A stretch of 64,000 nt of DNA from Rhynchobatus australiae (lineage: Eukaryota): assembly GCA_034780895.1 (NCBI GenBank), contig JAUZTB010000072.1, positions 3,893,683 through 3,957,682 of the forward strand, in the 5' to 3' direction. This document shows, one piece after another, positions 1 through 13,369 of the stretch. A program made the position numbers and the translations under genes. The notes beneath the pieces were generated by a model. That model was not told the origin of the DNA. It searched no databases and saw only the letters and a list, made by a program, of their open reading frames with translations. The stretch's first letter is position 1. Each line of letters opens with the position of its first letter.

Positions 1-1511
1 ACATACAAAATTGTAAATTGTAGAAATTTGAAGTGAAAAGGGCAACAATATGTAGCATATATCAAAAAGGAGGAATATAGCTTATGATTTCTACTGTTCT
101 CAAATGTTAATGGCCTCCAACTGTGCCCCTGCAGTAACTTCTGGTTCTATTTAAGGCATAGTATTCAAGGATATAATATATTGGCAGGGTTTGAGATATA
201 AAAAATTCTATTTCTAGGCTTGGGGAACCAAAAGGAGACAAATTTTACTTCAAAAATGGCTTCCATTTGCTTAGCAATGATGGGACTTTATAGAATGTTT
301 CTTCAAATTGTTGACAGCAAGAAGAATCTCACCCTCAGAACAAACACAAGAAACGTGCACTGCTAGATCAGTGGGATCTTTCACCAACTCAAATATTTAA
401 AAATATTGTGCATGTTAAAAAGCATCACCATAATATAATAAACAATGATAGCAGCAATACCATCACCCTTGATTCTTATTTTAAATTTGTCAAAATTGTG
501 CAACAATTAATGGAAAACAATAGATAATGGCAGTGCTGGATGGTCTTAATTGCTCTTAACAATAACAATGGTATTACCAACATGCTTAAAATAAAAAGAG
601 AACATGCTGGAAATACTCAGCAGGTTAGACAGCATTTGCAGACAGACAGAGTTAACATTTCAAGTCAATGACCCTTTATCTTTAGTTCACCTGCATCTAG
701 AGTTTTTTTGATTTTCAATTACCAAAATGCCTGTTTACTACAAAAGATATACTGCAACTTCCCTCAATCTGTTACAACTGAGACAGCTAAAAACATCCCC
801 TCTCATTAACAGTGAGGGAAACCACAGTGAATGATTAACAATCTTTAAATTGCCTTAAACCTCTGATAATGCTATCGTACATTAATCCTTTAAGCCAGGT
901 TTTGAAGTTTAAGGAAACTCCTTCATAACCTCCAGCAGAATGGACAAAACAAAATCACTGATGAAAGCAGAATGTTTAAGTTCGATTCCAGAGTACATGA
1001 ATTTTTAAATTATTTTCATAATCAACAAATGAAAAATACGTCAGCATTGCCTGGCATTGCCAATGAAATGCAGATAGAAGAACGAAGCTTCATCATTAGA
1101 TGAGGAACTTGGCAACAACAGTGGAGAATTGCTGCTGACAACTGAATACCAGTGATTCCATTCAAGCAGTGCCAAAAAATCTGAGTCATATTTTCCCACA
1201 CCAGAACTCTGGCAAGTTGCAAATGTGTCAACGCAGATTGGTGAATACTCTATACAAAGGTGCTCCATGCGTAGAAATTCTCAGGTCAAACAGCGAGTAT
1301 TTATGTAGTTTGTCACTAATTTCTTGTGCAATCTAGGACTTGGAAGGGTAAACATTGAAAACTTCGACTTGCAAACCACCAAATTCCAAGTCCCAGAGTG
1401 GTCAGCTGACAAGTGAAGACTGGGACTTTCTCATACGAAGACTTTTTATTTTTAAGGATTAAAAATAAATCTTTAACATTTTTGTCACAGCAAGGTACTG
1501 AGAATACTTAC

Positions 1512-1587
1512 CAACTCTCCATAGTGTTTCATTGCATATTCCAGGACCCCAGCGGCTGCCTCAGGTTGCTGCAGTTTGTTATTTATG
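1512..1587 (-). CDS. MTOR: MTOR internal coding exon (exon 29 equivalent), 76 bp
   Basis: gacag|C ATA...TTG|gtaagt; translates (S)INNKLQQPEAAAGVLEYAMKHYGEL. AG from the previous exon plus C gives Ser in frame across a ~45 kb intron. Confidence 0.97.
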
Positions 1588-4500
1588 CTGTCGATGAAAT
1601 GAGACAATTTAGTACAATTCCTATAAAGCATCAAAGAGAGCACGTCACACTAAAATATCTTCAGGATGTCCCAAAGTGCTCCACATCTAAAGAATTAACT
1701 ATGAAGTGCAATTACTGTTACTAAAGAGCAAGTTTGAAAGGCTGGATTTCAGTGATGTGATGCAGAATAGTCAAGAGCACCCAGTCATGTGGTGTCTCTC
1801 ACTTGTCACTATTCAGAGACAAGAATTTAAGAGATTAGAGGGAGAAAAAGTGAAAAACAAATGTGTTTAAACACAAGTCAGGCAAAAAGAAATACAGAAA
1901 GAACACTACATAATGAGAGACTGAAGTGCAAATGCAATATTTGCTAGTTCAGATTTAATGAAGTTAATCATGCACCAAGATCCATCAATACCCGTGAGGT
2001 TTGTATATCCCATTAATATTTAGTTACAGTTGTGAATACATATATAATCATTTCAGAACTGTGTAATCTGCCAAGTTTAGGAAACCACATACATTATGCT
2101 TCACAATAGTGTCTCCATTAAGCTTATAAAGATATCCTGTTAAGGAAATCGGCAGAATTTTACTGTATTTGAAATACCATTTTGTCACAATTTAATGCAA
2201 AAGCCCTCAAAAATATAACAAGAATTGAAAGCTCAGATGCCCATATTGTCTGATGCAATGGCACTCAATTTACACAAAGGATGTCATTTTGCCATTGTGA
2301 CAAAAAGATGTGTCTTGACTGGTTTTAGTTATGTATTGCAGAAGTTGATGATACAAACAAGTCATCAAGTACTTAACACTGTTGAAAAGTTTAACAGAAA
2401 GAATCAGGTTAACTTTGAACATCTACAGTGGTGATTTGCTCAGTTTAATCCATAACAGTCAATTACAGAGTAAAGTTAGAAGTTATAAGAATTTCAAACA
2501 TGCAACATCAGGTGAAGGGTTATTTAAACAGCCGGACCCAATCTACAAGTTGAATAGTGTTAAGTTACCAGAACAAACTGATAAAAAGTTTCACGAGGAA
2601 AAAAAATGGTTGACTAATCAGGCAAGAGTCTAAGAAAGAGAAGGACTACATTTATACAAGGTATCTGAAGGACACAAGTGTGTAGTGTAAACATATAACC
2701 TCTCGTACCATTCATTCGTACATCATTTTATAAATTGACTGGACATCTTCTATTTGAAAGCCAGGGTTCCTCGCATGTTACATGACAAGTCGCAATAGAG
2801 GAACAAGTATTTTAATACCTTTTAGCCATTACCAAGATTTGCTATTCACTTTTCTTACCAAGATCTCAGGAAAAAGCTATACACATTCAGAATTATTGGG
2901 CCTTGGGAGCCACCTATTAGAACGTCATGTAAAATATAAGAATAAAAATAATCTATGTTAATACAATTTGAAACGACTGAACAACGTAACATTTATCTCG
3001 GAACACAAGCACTGATATTTTCTTTGTCACCTTCAAATTTCAGCCCCATCTCAAAATCAGTGGGTGGTATTGGGAAATTCATTGTTAAGTAGCCCTCATG
3101 CCCAAGATGTTCCTAAACCAATGGACATGGTACTTTAAGCTGTTCACTAACATCAACGTGAATGCCAATAGTCTAACACAATGAAGCAATAGGATAAACA
3201 GATTTGTTTTCCCTTCAACATTCTGATCTTTTAAAATTTAGGAGTTGTTTATAAATAAATTCACATGATATCTTTACTCCAATTTAACCATGTGCTTAAT
3301 ATCTCAAATAACCCTTATATGTACAAGTACCAACTCAGCCAGAACTCAATATCCTATCCTGCGGATCCAAACACTGACTTCTCCCATCCAGATGCTTTCA
3401 GCCTTGTGTCACCTCAAATTCCTTCAAATCATCAATGATGCCAGATCTTGCTCATCCCTAAGTTTCAACATATACCATACCTTTGCTCTTCTGACATGCC
3501 TCTCCTCTTTCCTCCAAAGTTAATGAAAGCTCCATCAGTTATTATACTGATGCACTCTAAGCCCACTAATGCTCAATGCTACTTATTTCGACTAAACTAT
3601 CAGTCTCCTTCCCCAACAGTCCAATAAGCATCTTGGGCAAAGTTCTGAAATGTATTAATTATGTGATTATGCTTAATAAATAGAAGTGGTTGTTGTATTC
3701 GTAAAATTAAACAATTTATAGTCAACACCACTCTCCAGAATGTGATCTATGATTTTTCAAAACTTAACTTATTTCCTCTTTCTGGCAATATCATTAAAGG
3801 CTCTTGCTTATTAGNNNNNNNNNNNNNNNNNNNNNNNNNNNNNNNNNNNNNNNNNNNNNNNNNNNNNNNNNNNNNNNNNNNNNNNNNNNNNNNNNNNNNN
3901 NNNNNNNNNNNNNNNNNNNNNNNNNNNNNNNNNNNNNNNNNNNNNNNNNNNNNNNNNNNNNNNNNNNNNNNNNNNNNNNNNNNNNNNNNNNNNNNNNNNN
4001 NNNNNNNNNNNNNNNNNNNNNNNNNNNNNNNNNNNNNNNNNNNNNNNNNNNNNNNNNNNNNNNNNNNNNNNNNNNNNNNNNNNNNNNNNNNNNNNNNNNN
4101 NNNNNNNNNNNNNNNNNNNNNNNNNNNNNNNNNNNNNNNNNNNNNNNNNNNNNNNNNNNNNNNNNNNNNNNNNNNNNNNNNNNNNNNNNNNNNNNNNNNN
4201 NNNNNNNNNNNNNNNNNNNNNNNNNNNNNNNNNNNNNNNNNNNNNNAGAAATACAGATGGGAAAAATATTAGAACAGCTCACGTTCAAAGATTACACTTT
4301 CTTTTCTGTTCACTTGAACCATAGTGCATCAGGTGAAGTCAGATGAACAGAGGAGTATTCTTGCTTTCATTTATGTCACAATTTGTTGATTACCAGGACT
4401 ACTGGAGCAATCTGGGGGCAATTCTTTATCTTTGTATATGTGATATTGTGCTTTAGCATCACAATCTAGAGGTTAAGTTTTGAGTGGGGGGATTGCAAAC

Positions 4501-7500
4501 AAATACCAACATCCTAACATTTTTTTGCCAAATAAAACTATACTTTTCTGCCATATTTTATTTTTAATTGTATTAATAGGGGTGTGAAAGCAGTAATGTT
4601 AAAGAAACTTTCAGAACAGATGGATTTGATAAAGTGAGCAAAACTATCAGACATTCAAATACCACTGATTTCCAATTTAAGTACTGACTATATTATTCTT
4701 TCAGCAATCAAATGTGAAGTACTGTTATTGTATTTTCAACTTTAATATTTTGATTTAAGATTTTTGCTGACCATTATGAACGTGTGGAAAAATTCAACCC
4801 CATAAGTGGCATGTACATGGACTTTTGTCAGTTAAAATTATTCCTAAGATATTGTTTGTCAGCTTTATTTTGAATAGATGCAGTGGAGACTGATCACAAT
4901 ATACATCAGAAAAAGTGCAGAGAAATGTGGCCCAAGAATCTTCTTAACTTGTATCAATATGGCAGCATGATCAGTGGGGCTTCGATAGTTCAAAGGGAAG
5001 ATCTTTTGCAATTTTTGTTTTACGGCTAACTAAGAAAGGCCAATAATTGCACAGGTGCCAGTATTGTCAAATCCAAAAACAAAATAAAAATCTCATCTGA
5101 AGACAATTATAAACAGCTTGAACTTTCCTCTCAAGCATGGAGGTGACATGAACTGCTTGTGGAAATTACTTATCATCCTTCAGCATCAAGTGTTCCGGAA
5201 TTAATGCAGTGAACATTTAAAACGAAAACAGAGGCTTCACCTACAGTTTTGCTGATGGGTACATCTGGGTTCCACCTGACCACTGCTGTTGTCTCCAAGT
5301 CCCTCCAGATGGAAAAAGATATGAAAATGTGTCACTAAAAAACCACAACAAAATATTTACTTGTCAACTTCTTTGAATGTTCTGATCAACCACATTTTAT
5401 TTAAACAAGATCAGTGAAGCATAATAGAAAACAAACAAGCTGATTTTCAAGAAATCCGTCAAATATGTCCATGAGGAAGAAATAAATGACTTACTGACGT
5501 TAGATTTGATGTGAACTTGAAAGCATTATGATTCAACTATCAAAAGTTTAAGAGACAAATAGGACCTTGTATTGTGCTTTGGAAAATAACCCAAATATTT
5601 CATTGTATAAATAGAACCAATATATATTGACTGAGTTCAGGTAAATAGAGAAATAATGTGGACAAATGTAAAAATAAAGCAAGAAAAATTAAATAGACAA
5701 CAAATTTTTTTCAGATAAACCTTGTTTCAGGTATCAAGACAAAATTAAAAGCTGCAGTTGTTAAAGCCACATGATTTCCCCGCTCCCCCACTGTTTAACC
5801 TGAAGAACAAGAAACTTACTGTTAAAAATTTGTTTCTACCTATTGTCATCTTGCATATGAAATGAAATAAAGATTTTGAGGCTGTGAAACAGGGCTGTGT
5901 GGCTATGAAACAAAAGCAAAAAGTTGCGCTTTTCTGCAGTGTTCACACTGGGACATCATTATTTACACCAGCAAATTCAGCATGACTAAGCTGAAATACA
6001 AAAGGCTTAACCATTACCAAAGTACTTGGAATCTCCATCTCCTGAAAGGGTGACCCTTGTGATGCAGGCTTCACTGGTCAAATGCCTTCCTTTCATTGCT
6101 ATTAAACAAGCTGTGTCCAAGATGGAACAATGACCATGGACATTATATGTAGTACAAATCATTAACTTCTACTTAATTCAGTCAATTAATTTTTAACCAG
6201 TGTTTTGGGGATTATTTTGTGCCTTCTTTCCCAATTAAAATATCAGATCAGTGGTTTTAATAATATTATCAATATGGCTGGCTGGAAGAGCTAAATTACC
6301 TTATCTTATGGCAGAATTTATGTTTTTTTAATGTGAATGTACTCGCTACACCACTGCACTCATTTCATCTAGCAGATTGTTTTAAGTAACTTCTTAGAGT
6401 AGCTTAACCATCATTATAATACAGTATCAAGTAATATTCACAAAAGACTAAAATTCTTAACACTGTTAATCAGAACAGATACTAGCATTTGCTTTAAATG
6501 CTGAATGAAGTGAGAAGTAGGTAAAAGTCACTGTGCTTCACAAAGAAGTCATGAAGTAGAAAGGAAGAGGGAGACTGTTAAACCAGGAAACAAATGAATG
6601 ATTGCCATTGAGGAGCATCGTTGAGCTTTATTTCCTCCTTTTATACCATTTAACGGAAAGACTACAAGTTTGGAGCATGTTATTTTTCGTGCTTACACAG
6701 ATAAAACAACAAAATCTCTCCAAGACGCTCTGAATATTCAGGGAATGTTAAGACAGTACTGCATAATTTTACATAGCTAATCATTTAATGTGAACTTATG
6801 TGGGCAATGCTCTATTNNNNNNNNNNNNNNNNNNNNNNNNNNNNNNNNNNNNNNNNNNNNNNNNNNNNNNNNNNNNNNNNNNNNNNNNNNNNNNNNNNNN
6901 NNNNNNNNNNNNNNNNNNNNNNNNNNNNNNNNNNNNNNNNNNNNNNNNNNNNNNNNNNNNNNNNNNNNNNNNNNNNNNNNNNNNNNNNNNNAGCTACAGT
7001 AGGCAAGTAGAAATGCAAATAGTACCCCATGTAAAATGTGATATTTGGCTCTAGATATGCCATAGATTTTATATAATTCTAAATTTACATATTAGCAGTT
7101 ACACAAAGAATTTCATGACATGACTAAAGGTCCAAACAAAACTATACAGCAAACGTAATGCATCTTACGAATTGGGAAGATTATGGAGAAAAGTAAAGCC
7201 AAATACAGAAGTTGTATCTCTGTGGAAAAATAAATTTCTAACAACATTAGTGCCAAAGATATTATCATATCATCTGGTTGAAGCCAATGTGTCTTTAGAT
7301 TGGATAATGTGATAAGACGCTCTTAAAATCAAGTTGCATCCCTTCTGTCATAATCACATGGTGCCTCGAGCTGCTCAACAAGATGTACCTTGTACTATAC
7401 TGAGAAAAAAGGTTCACTGCCATTAGGTCAAGCTTAGCTTAGTCAAGCCATCTTGGCCATTTTTCTCAAAAACAAAAAAATAGTAAAATTACAGATAAAA

Positions 7501-9199
7501 TTGAATGTGAAACAAATCTCGGACAAGATAATTCAATTTTTCTGAGAACAAGGAGAGAATGGATCCCCTGAATGAAGGCATTACAAGTTGTAATGCCAGA
7601 GAAATCAATATAGTTGCAGAATTTACACGAACACTAAATACCAAAATAATCAAGCAACTGACTGCACAGATTTTACAAGATCATTTTCAAAAAAAGACAA
7701 AGTTGCCTTGTGTCCCAGCTTTGATCAGGCACACTCACCATGCAACAATGGCCATTGACCGGAGCTCAGTTTTTGGTTTCAGCTGATAAAACATAATAAA
7801 AACATCCCCAAAAGCCTACTCGAAATTTGTTTTTTCAAATATTATTTTTCATTGACAAATTCCCTGCTGCAATAAATGTCAAAGATGTTGAATTCATATT
7901 CTCATTCATTCAGCTTTAAGAATGCTCATGGGTAATCAAGATGCTCCTACAGATAACTGACTAATCCCGTCTGCTCTTGGGATGTGCAGGCCAGTGGTAA
8001 AACTGATCGGAAGAATAAAAATCCAAGTGGGAAGGTGGGATGGAGACTGAAAAGAACAAGAAGTGTTCAAGGTTACTTGAAAGGAAGATAAGATTNNNNN
8101 NNNNNNNNNNNNNNNNNNNNNNNNNNNNNNNNNNNNNNNNNNNNNNNNNNNNNNNNNNNNNNNNNNNNNNNNNNNNNNNNNNNNNNNNNNNNNNNAGTAC
8201 CAAACTGAGCAAAGTGCAGGTTTACAAACCGTCCAAGGTCTGCACATTACAACCACTGCATTGATTTTCATCTTGTAGTGGGGACATTATTTAAGGCTGT
8301 CAGCCTGTGAAATCATGCAATGTTGTTTCAGCACAAAGAAGTGAGATTAAAGGAACCTGTTAGTGAAGACTAAATAATCTAAATGAAAGGCCTACACTTC
8401 CTTAAACACATGCTTATTTCTTGTTGTTGTTCATGCCAGAGTTTTAAATTGAGATCATCTATTGTTGAGAAATAATGAAGGTAAATGTTGATCTGGTCTG
8501 AAATTCCTTTCACTTTTGGTTCAGTTGGTCTTTAGAGACCTAAAGTTCATGCATCACTTCAGTGAAATTTTATTTAACTGACTAAAAATACCCAATTTTA
8601 TTGAACAGCAATAAAAACTTTGAACTGGGCCAAAACCAAAAACTGAAAAACTCCAAATCATAACATTACTTTGAAGCAACATCCTTCAGTAACTCTCACA
8701 ATACATAAAATTCACATTCTCATAAAGTTTGCTATAATTATTCTTAGACTATTTTCTACATGCAAGGCACTAAAAAATATTTTTTGTGCACTTTGTGAAA
8801 AGAAATAAATGAAAAGTCATTAGTTACAAGATTAGATTCTAAAGTCAATGTGTCTCTACCTCACTATAAGAGACAGAGGCCAAGGCAAGCAGAATTTTGC
8901 TCATATTTCTATGCAGGCCAGAACCGGTAACAAAATGTAGAAACTTTACTGCTTCAACTTTTGATTTTATTTGAAGGTTCAATCCATTTTGCTGATTAAG
9001 GTTCATCAACACATTTATATATTATAGTGCAGAGTAAAATACAGGATAACATGATTTTAAGGCAGGCTGGGAAGTTAAGCTCAAGCAGCACATCCTGTCA
9101 TTTGAAATAAAATGATCCTATTTGCTAATTGCATATTCCTACAAGAAGAAATTACTAGCTGTTCCTTTTTGTGGGGCAATGTGAGTGTTTTTGTGGGTC

Positions 9200-9365
9200 A
9201 GACATGGGCCACACTGAACAAGCCAATATTTTTCCAGGGTGTTCTCGTTATATTAGGTTCCAATCACCTTTCATTCCTGAGATCACTGATCGACACTGGC
9301 TCCCAGTTAAGCAGCATCTCGATGTTAGAATTCTCATCCTTGTTTTCAAATCTTTTCTGCATCAC
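9200..9365 (+). mobile_element. L2-type LINE fragment
   Basis: Encodes HWLPVKQHLDVRILILVFKS, the L2 ORF2 C-terminal signature (HWLPV..RI.FKIL.L.FKSL). Confidence 0.7.
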
Positions 9366-9372
9366 TTATTGT

Positions 9373-9810
9373 GTACGATAGTGTAGTGGTTAGCCTAATG
9401 CTTTACAGTGCCAGCGACCCGGGTTCAATTTTAGCCACTGTCTTAAGGAGTTTATATGTTCTCCCTGTGTCTGCATGGGTTTCATCCAGGTGCTCTGGTT
9501 TCCCCCCACATTCCAAAGACGTACAGGTTAGGAAGTTGTGGGCAGGCTATGTTGGCGCTGGAAGCGTGGCGACACTTGCGGGCTGCCCCCAGAACACTCT
9601 ACACAAAAGATGCATTTCACTGTGNNNNNNNNNNNNNNNNNNNNNNNNNNNNNNNNNNNNNNNNNNNNNNNNNNNNNNNNNNNNNNNNNNNNNNNNNNNN
9701 NNNNNNNNNNNNNNNNNNNNNNNNTGCGGGCTGCCCCCAGAACACTCTACACAAAAGATGCATTTCACTGTGTGTTTCGATGTACATATGACTAATAAAG
9801 AAATCTTATC
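9373..9810 (+). mobile_element. tRNA-derived V-SINE, relatively young
   Basis: A-box-like tagtgtagtgg (9379-9389), B-box-like ggttcaatt (9422-), V-domain core ttctccctgtgtctgcatgggtttcatccaggtgctctggtttccccccacattccaaagac, tail ending gtacatatgactaataaag. Confidence 0.88.
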
Positions 9811-11394
9811 ATTAGAACTAAAGAGCTAATCAATAATGCAATATGTTGGTGTGTTAGCTCCCTATCACACACACAGATTCAAGTCTCTAATTTGATACAC
9901 AAGGAATTTCTGTGCTGATTGAACAAACAGGATGAGGGGAACATATGGAATCCTTTAACACCTCCCTTACGAGCCAGTTCCAAGAGAGGCTGAGGGATCA
10001 CTTTAAGGAGCCGGCCATAGCCTCTGCGGCTCCCCACAATGCAGCACGTCAGAGATGTGCTCGCAGATGAAGAGCACAGCAGCAGCGCACTCAGAGACGT
10101 CTGTTCACATCTCCTCAGGCTGGAGAGGGTGTGGCAAAGGGGGGACTCAGCTGTAACTGTCCACCCAGTCAATTGCCCCATAGTACTGAATGACTTAAGA
10201 ATAAAAGTCAACAAAGTTTGTTGTTTCTTTCACATTTTGTGTTCATTTATTTTTTCCCAACATAAATTCCGTAAGAGCAAATTTAATTCCACATCTCAGA
10301 TTTTTGGTTAGTGATTTGTGAATTTCATAAGGGCAGATTTCTGTTACCCGAACAGCCGTAATGCAGGGGTTGCCTGTAATAACTTTTAATATGATCTAAT
10401 TATTAAAACAACAATAAGCAATAAAGTTTATGAGATTAAAAACCTCAAGTCTGGTCAGAACTTTTGAGAGAACAAACCAGCTCTTGTCTCTCACTGGTAA
10501 AAGATCAATGTTTTATCCATGTTCCAAAAAGGAAACCAGATGTCTGTGTCGCTCCCCTGGTTTTATCAACTATCGACTGGCTGTGGTCTGGAATCACTGC
10601 ACAGCATGCCACAACAGAGCTCCACAAGTTAGTTTGCAGCATATTTATGACTTACCACATTCTCCACATTAATTCCCAAATTAGACTATAAGATGTTTTT
10701 CTATAAAAGTCAGAAACACATTTTTTAATTAAATTGTGGAAAAATGTGCTATTTTTGCACAATGTTTTGAAATAAGTTTTAGATGCTTCATTAAGCAAAA
10801 GATCATGGAAAAGGCTACAANNNNNNNNNNNNNNNNNNNNNNNNNNNNNNNNNNNNNNNNNNNNNNNNNNNNNNNNNNNNNNNNNNNNNNNNNNNNNNNN
10901 NNNNNNNNNNNNNNNNNNNNNNNNNNNNNNNNNNNNNNNNNNNNNNNNNNNNNNNNNNNNNNNNNNNNNNNNNNNNNNNNNNNNNNNNNNNNNNNNNNNN
11001 NNNNNNNNNTTCAGGGAAAGAAATCAGCTGTCTACACCCAGCCGTGACTCCCGACTGACAGCAGTGCAACTGACTCTTAACTACACTCCCAAATGGTCTA
11101 GAGGATTCACCCTTGGGGTGTGTAAGACAAATATCAACTGCTGCTGGGAAACCATTAACTCAGTGAAAGACTCTCTATGGTCTTCCCAAAACTCACTGGT
11201 CTTTTCGTGCAATGTATTCCCCATGACTGTGTGCATACTCGAAGGTTCAGGACAACATGCTAAGGGAGGAAGTGAAGGTGAGTGTAGCAACTCCAAAGTT
11301 TTCATGTCAAAGGGCCACAGATGAAGGGCTTCTTGCTGTGCACACTAATCTGCATTTAAAATGCCTATGAATTGTTTGCTCAAGCAGCAAATAC

Positions 11395-11960
11395 AGAGCA
11401 CAGAACAGGAACAGGCCCTTCAGCCCACAATGTTGTGCCAAACTAATTAAGCTAATGACATCCAATCCCATCTGCCTCCACTATCATACCTGACGGCCCA
11501 TTCCAGGCACCCACCACTCTGTGTAAAAACACCTGCCCCACGCATCTCCTTTGAATTTTCCCCCTCTCAGCTTAAATGCATGCCCTCTTATATTAGATCC
11601 TCAGCCTTGGGAGAAAGATACTGGCTATCTGCGCCTCTCACAATTTTATAAACTTCTATCAGGTCTCCCCTCAGCTTCCGTCGCTCCAGAGTAAACAACC
11701 GAAGTTTGTCCAACGTCTACCTGTAACACATCCCCTCTAATCCAGGCAGCCTCCTGGTAAACCTCCTGCACCCTCTCTAAAGCCTCCACATCCGTTCTAT
11801 TATGGGGCTACCAGAATTGAATGCAATACTCCAGATGCGGCGTAACTAGAGTTTTATAAAGCATAACTTACTGACTCTTGAACTCAGTGCCTTGACGAAT
11901 AAAGACAAACATGCCATACACCTTCCCCACCACCCCGAATGCCCACTCTCAGTGAGCAAT
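11395..11960 (-). mobile_element. CR1-type LINE 3' fragment
   Basis: Reverse complement of the CR1 ORF2 C-terminus and tail seen in the plus-strand copies at 21260-22023 and 43110-44150. Confidence 0.8.
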
Positions 11961-12049
11961 GGACCAATATAAATAGTAACTTGTTAATATTAAATAATTG
12001 AAATAACAAGTTGCGCTGGGAATGTTGACCTGTTATCAGCAATTCCAAG

Positions 12050-12925
12050 ACAAGAGGAAAAAAAAGAAATTGAAAGTGAAACATCTGGTAGTATCTGTGA
12101 AGTGAGGAAAAATAAGCTGGTGATTCAGTGTTAAGTCCCAAAGGCAACAACATGTCTGGATGGAGGATGAGGTGATGCTGCTCAAGCTAACACTGTGAAT
12201 CATTGGAACAGTGCAGGAGGCCAAAGACAGAAATCAGAGTGGGACAGAGAATTGAAGTGAATGGTGACTGGAAGCTCAGACTCACTGAGCTTAATGGAGT
12301 TACCTTGGCAAGCAGTCACTCAATCTGCATGGATTTCTCTGAAGAAGAAGAGACAACATTCTGAGAACTGAATGTGATATAGCAAATTGAAGGACACATT
12401 CATTCAATCCACAAGAGGGAACCTCAGCTTCCAATTGCTTTAATTCTCTGTTCCAGTCCCATTCTGACCTCTCCATCTTTCACCTTCTACACTCGTCCAT
12501 CGATACCCAATGCAAGTTCAAGGAACAGCACCTCATTTTCTCTGGGTACAGTGTAGCCCCTGGGAATGGATAATGAATTCAACAATTTTGTCCCCCTCTC
12601 TCTGCACAGATTTTACCTGGACATTTTATTTTCAATTTGTTCCTTTACTTCTTTTCTCTTCTCTCTAATCGATGATATTTAAAACAATGGTTATTGTGAC
12701 AACTTTAGTCTACATCCTACCCCAGGCATTCCCTTTGTTCTCTTTACCCCATTCCACTTAGGCAATTTACATCATGTTTGTTTTCTCATTTTTCCAGTTC
12801 TAATGAAAGGTCAGTGACCCAAAATGTTCATTCTGCTTTCTTCCCGATAGATGCTGCCCGACTTCCTGAGCACTATTGACAATTTCTGTTTTTATCTAGG
12901 ATTTCTATCATTTATACTTTTTCAG
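12050..12925. mobile_element. Inverted pair of Penelope-like element 3' fragments with terminal repeat
   Basis: Minus half (~12050-12400) encodes HFNSLSHSD...LEQHHLI...PLGLN. Plus half (~12420-12600) encodes FNSLFQSHSDLS...KEQHLIF, a GIY-YIG endonuclease C-terminus, followed by the terminal repeat at ~12795-12925. Confidence 0.7.
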
Positions 12926-13369
12926 TTGGACATACGCTGGGTATTGCACTGAATTTTAACCTGTATTTCATTTCAACTCTGTGTTCCCAATCACGTTCCC
13001 ATCCGAACCAAAAGCACAAGAACTGCCTACTAAAATACAAGATCATAGATTTTTTTTAAAAACTACCATCTTTTTGAATGAAACTAGCACTGCTCAAATG
13101 ACATCACAAAACAAAAATGTGCAGAAATTCCTTGCTACAATGGAAGGAAATACGTGATTGGGAAGACTAATATTGCTTTCTGCCAATGACTTTTCTTTGG
13201 CTGAACGAGGCTAATTGTTTACTCAATCTTGTTTGTGTTAGTTTCTAACAAATCTTTAAACCTACATAGCTGTTGAAGATTTACCTTGCTTGAAGAAAAA
13301 TATTCTTAAGCATTTACCCTGGTGAGTCAACCCAANNNNNNNNNNNNNNNNAGATACTTGGCTTATTAA

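Noticed and set aside
3742-4346. Long ORFs made mostly of X (also near 6790, 10736, 45223, 63654)
   Set aside because: Artefacts of N gaps lacking stop codons.
9373-9445. tRNA gene
   Set aside because: A/B boxes run directly into a V-domain and tail; it is a SINE head with no cloverleaf.
9577-9772. Direct repeats separated by 100-bp spacers (CRISPR- or LTR-like)
   Set aside because: Spacers are N placeholders, each repeat is different, the context is vertebrate and there are no cas genes.
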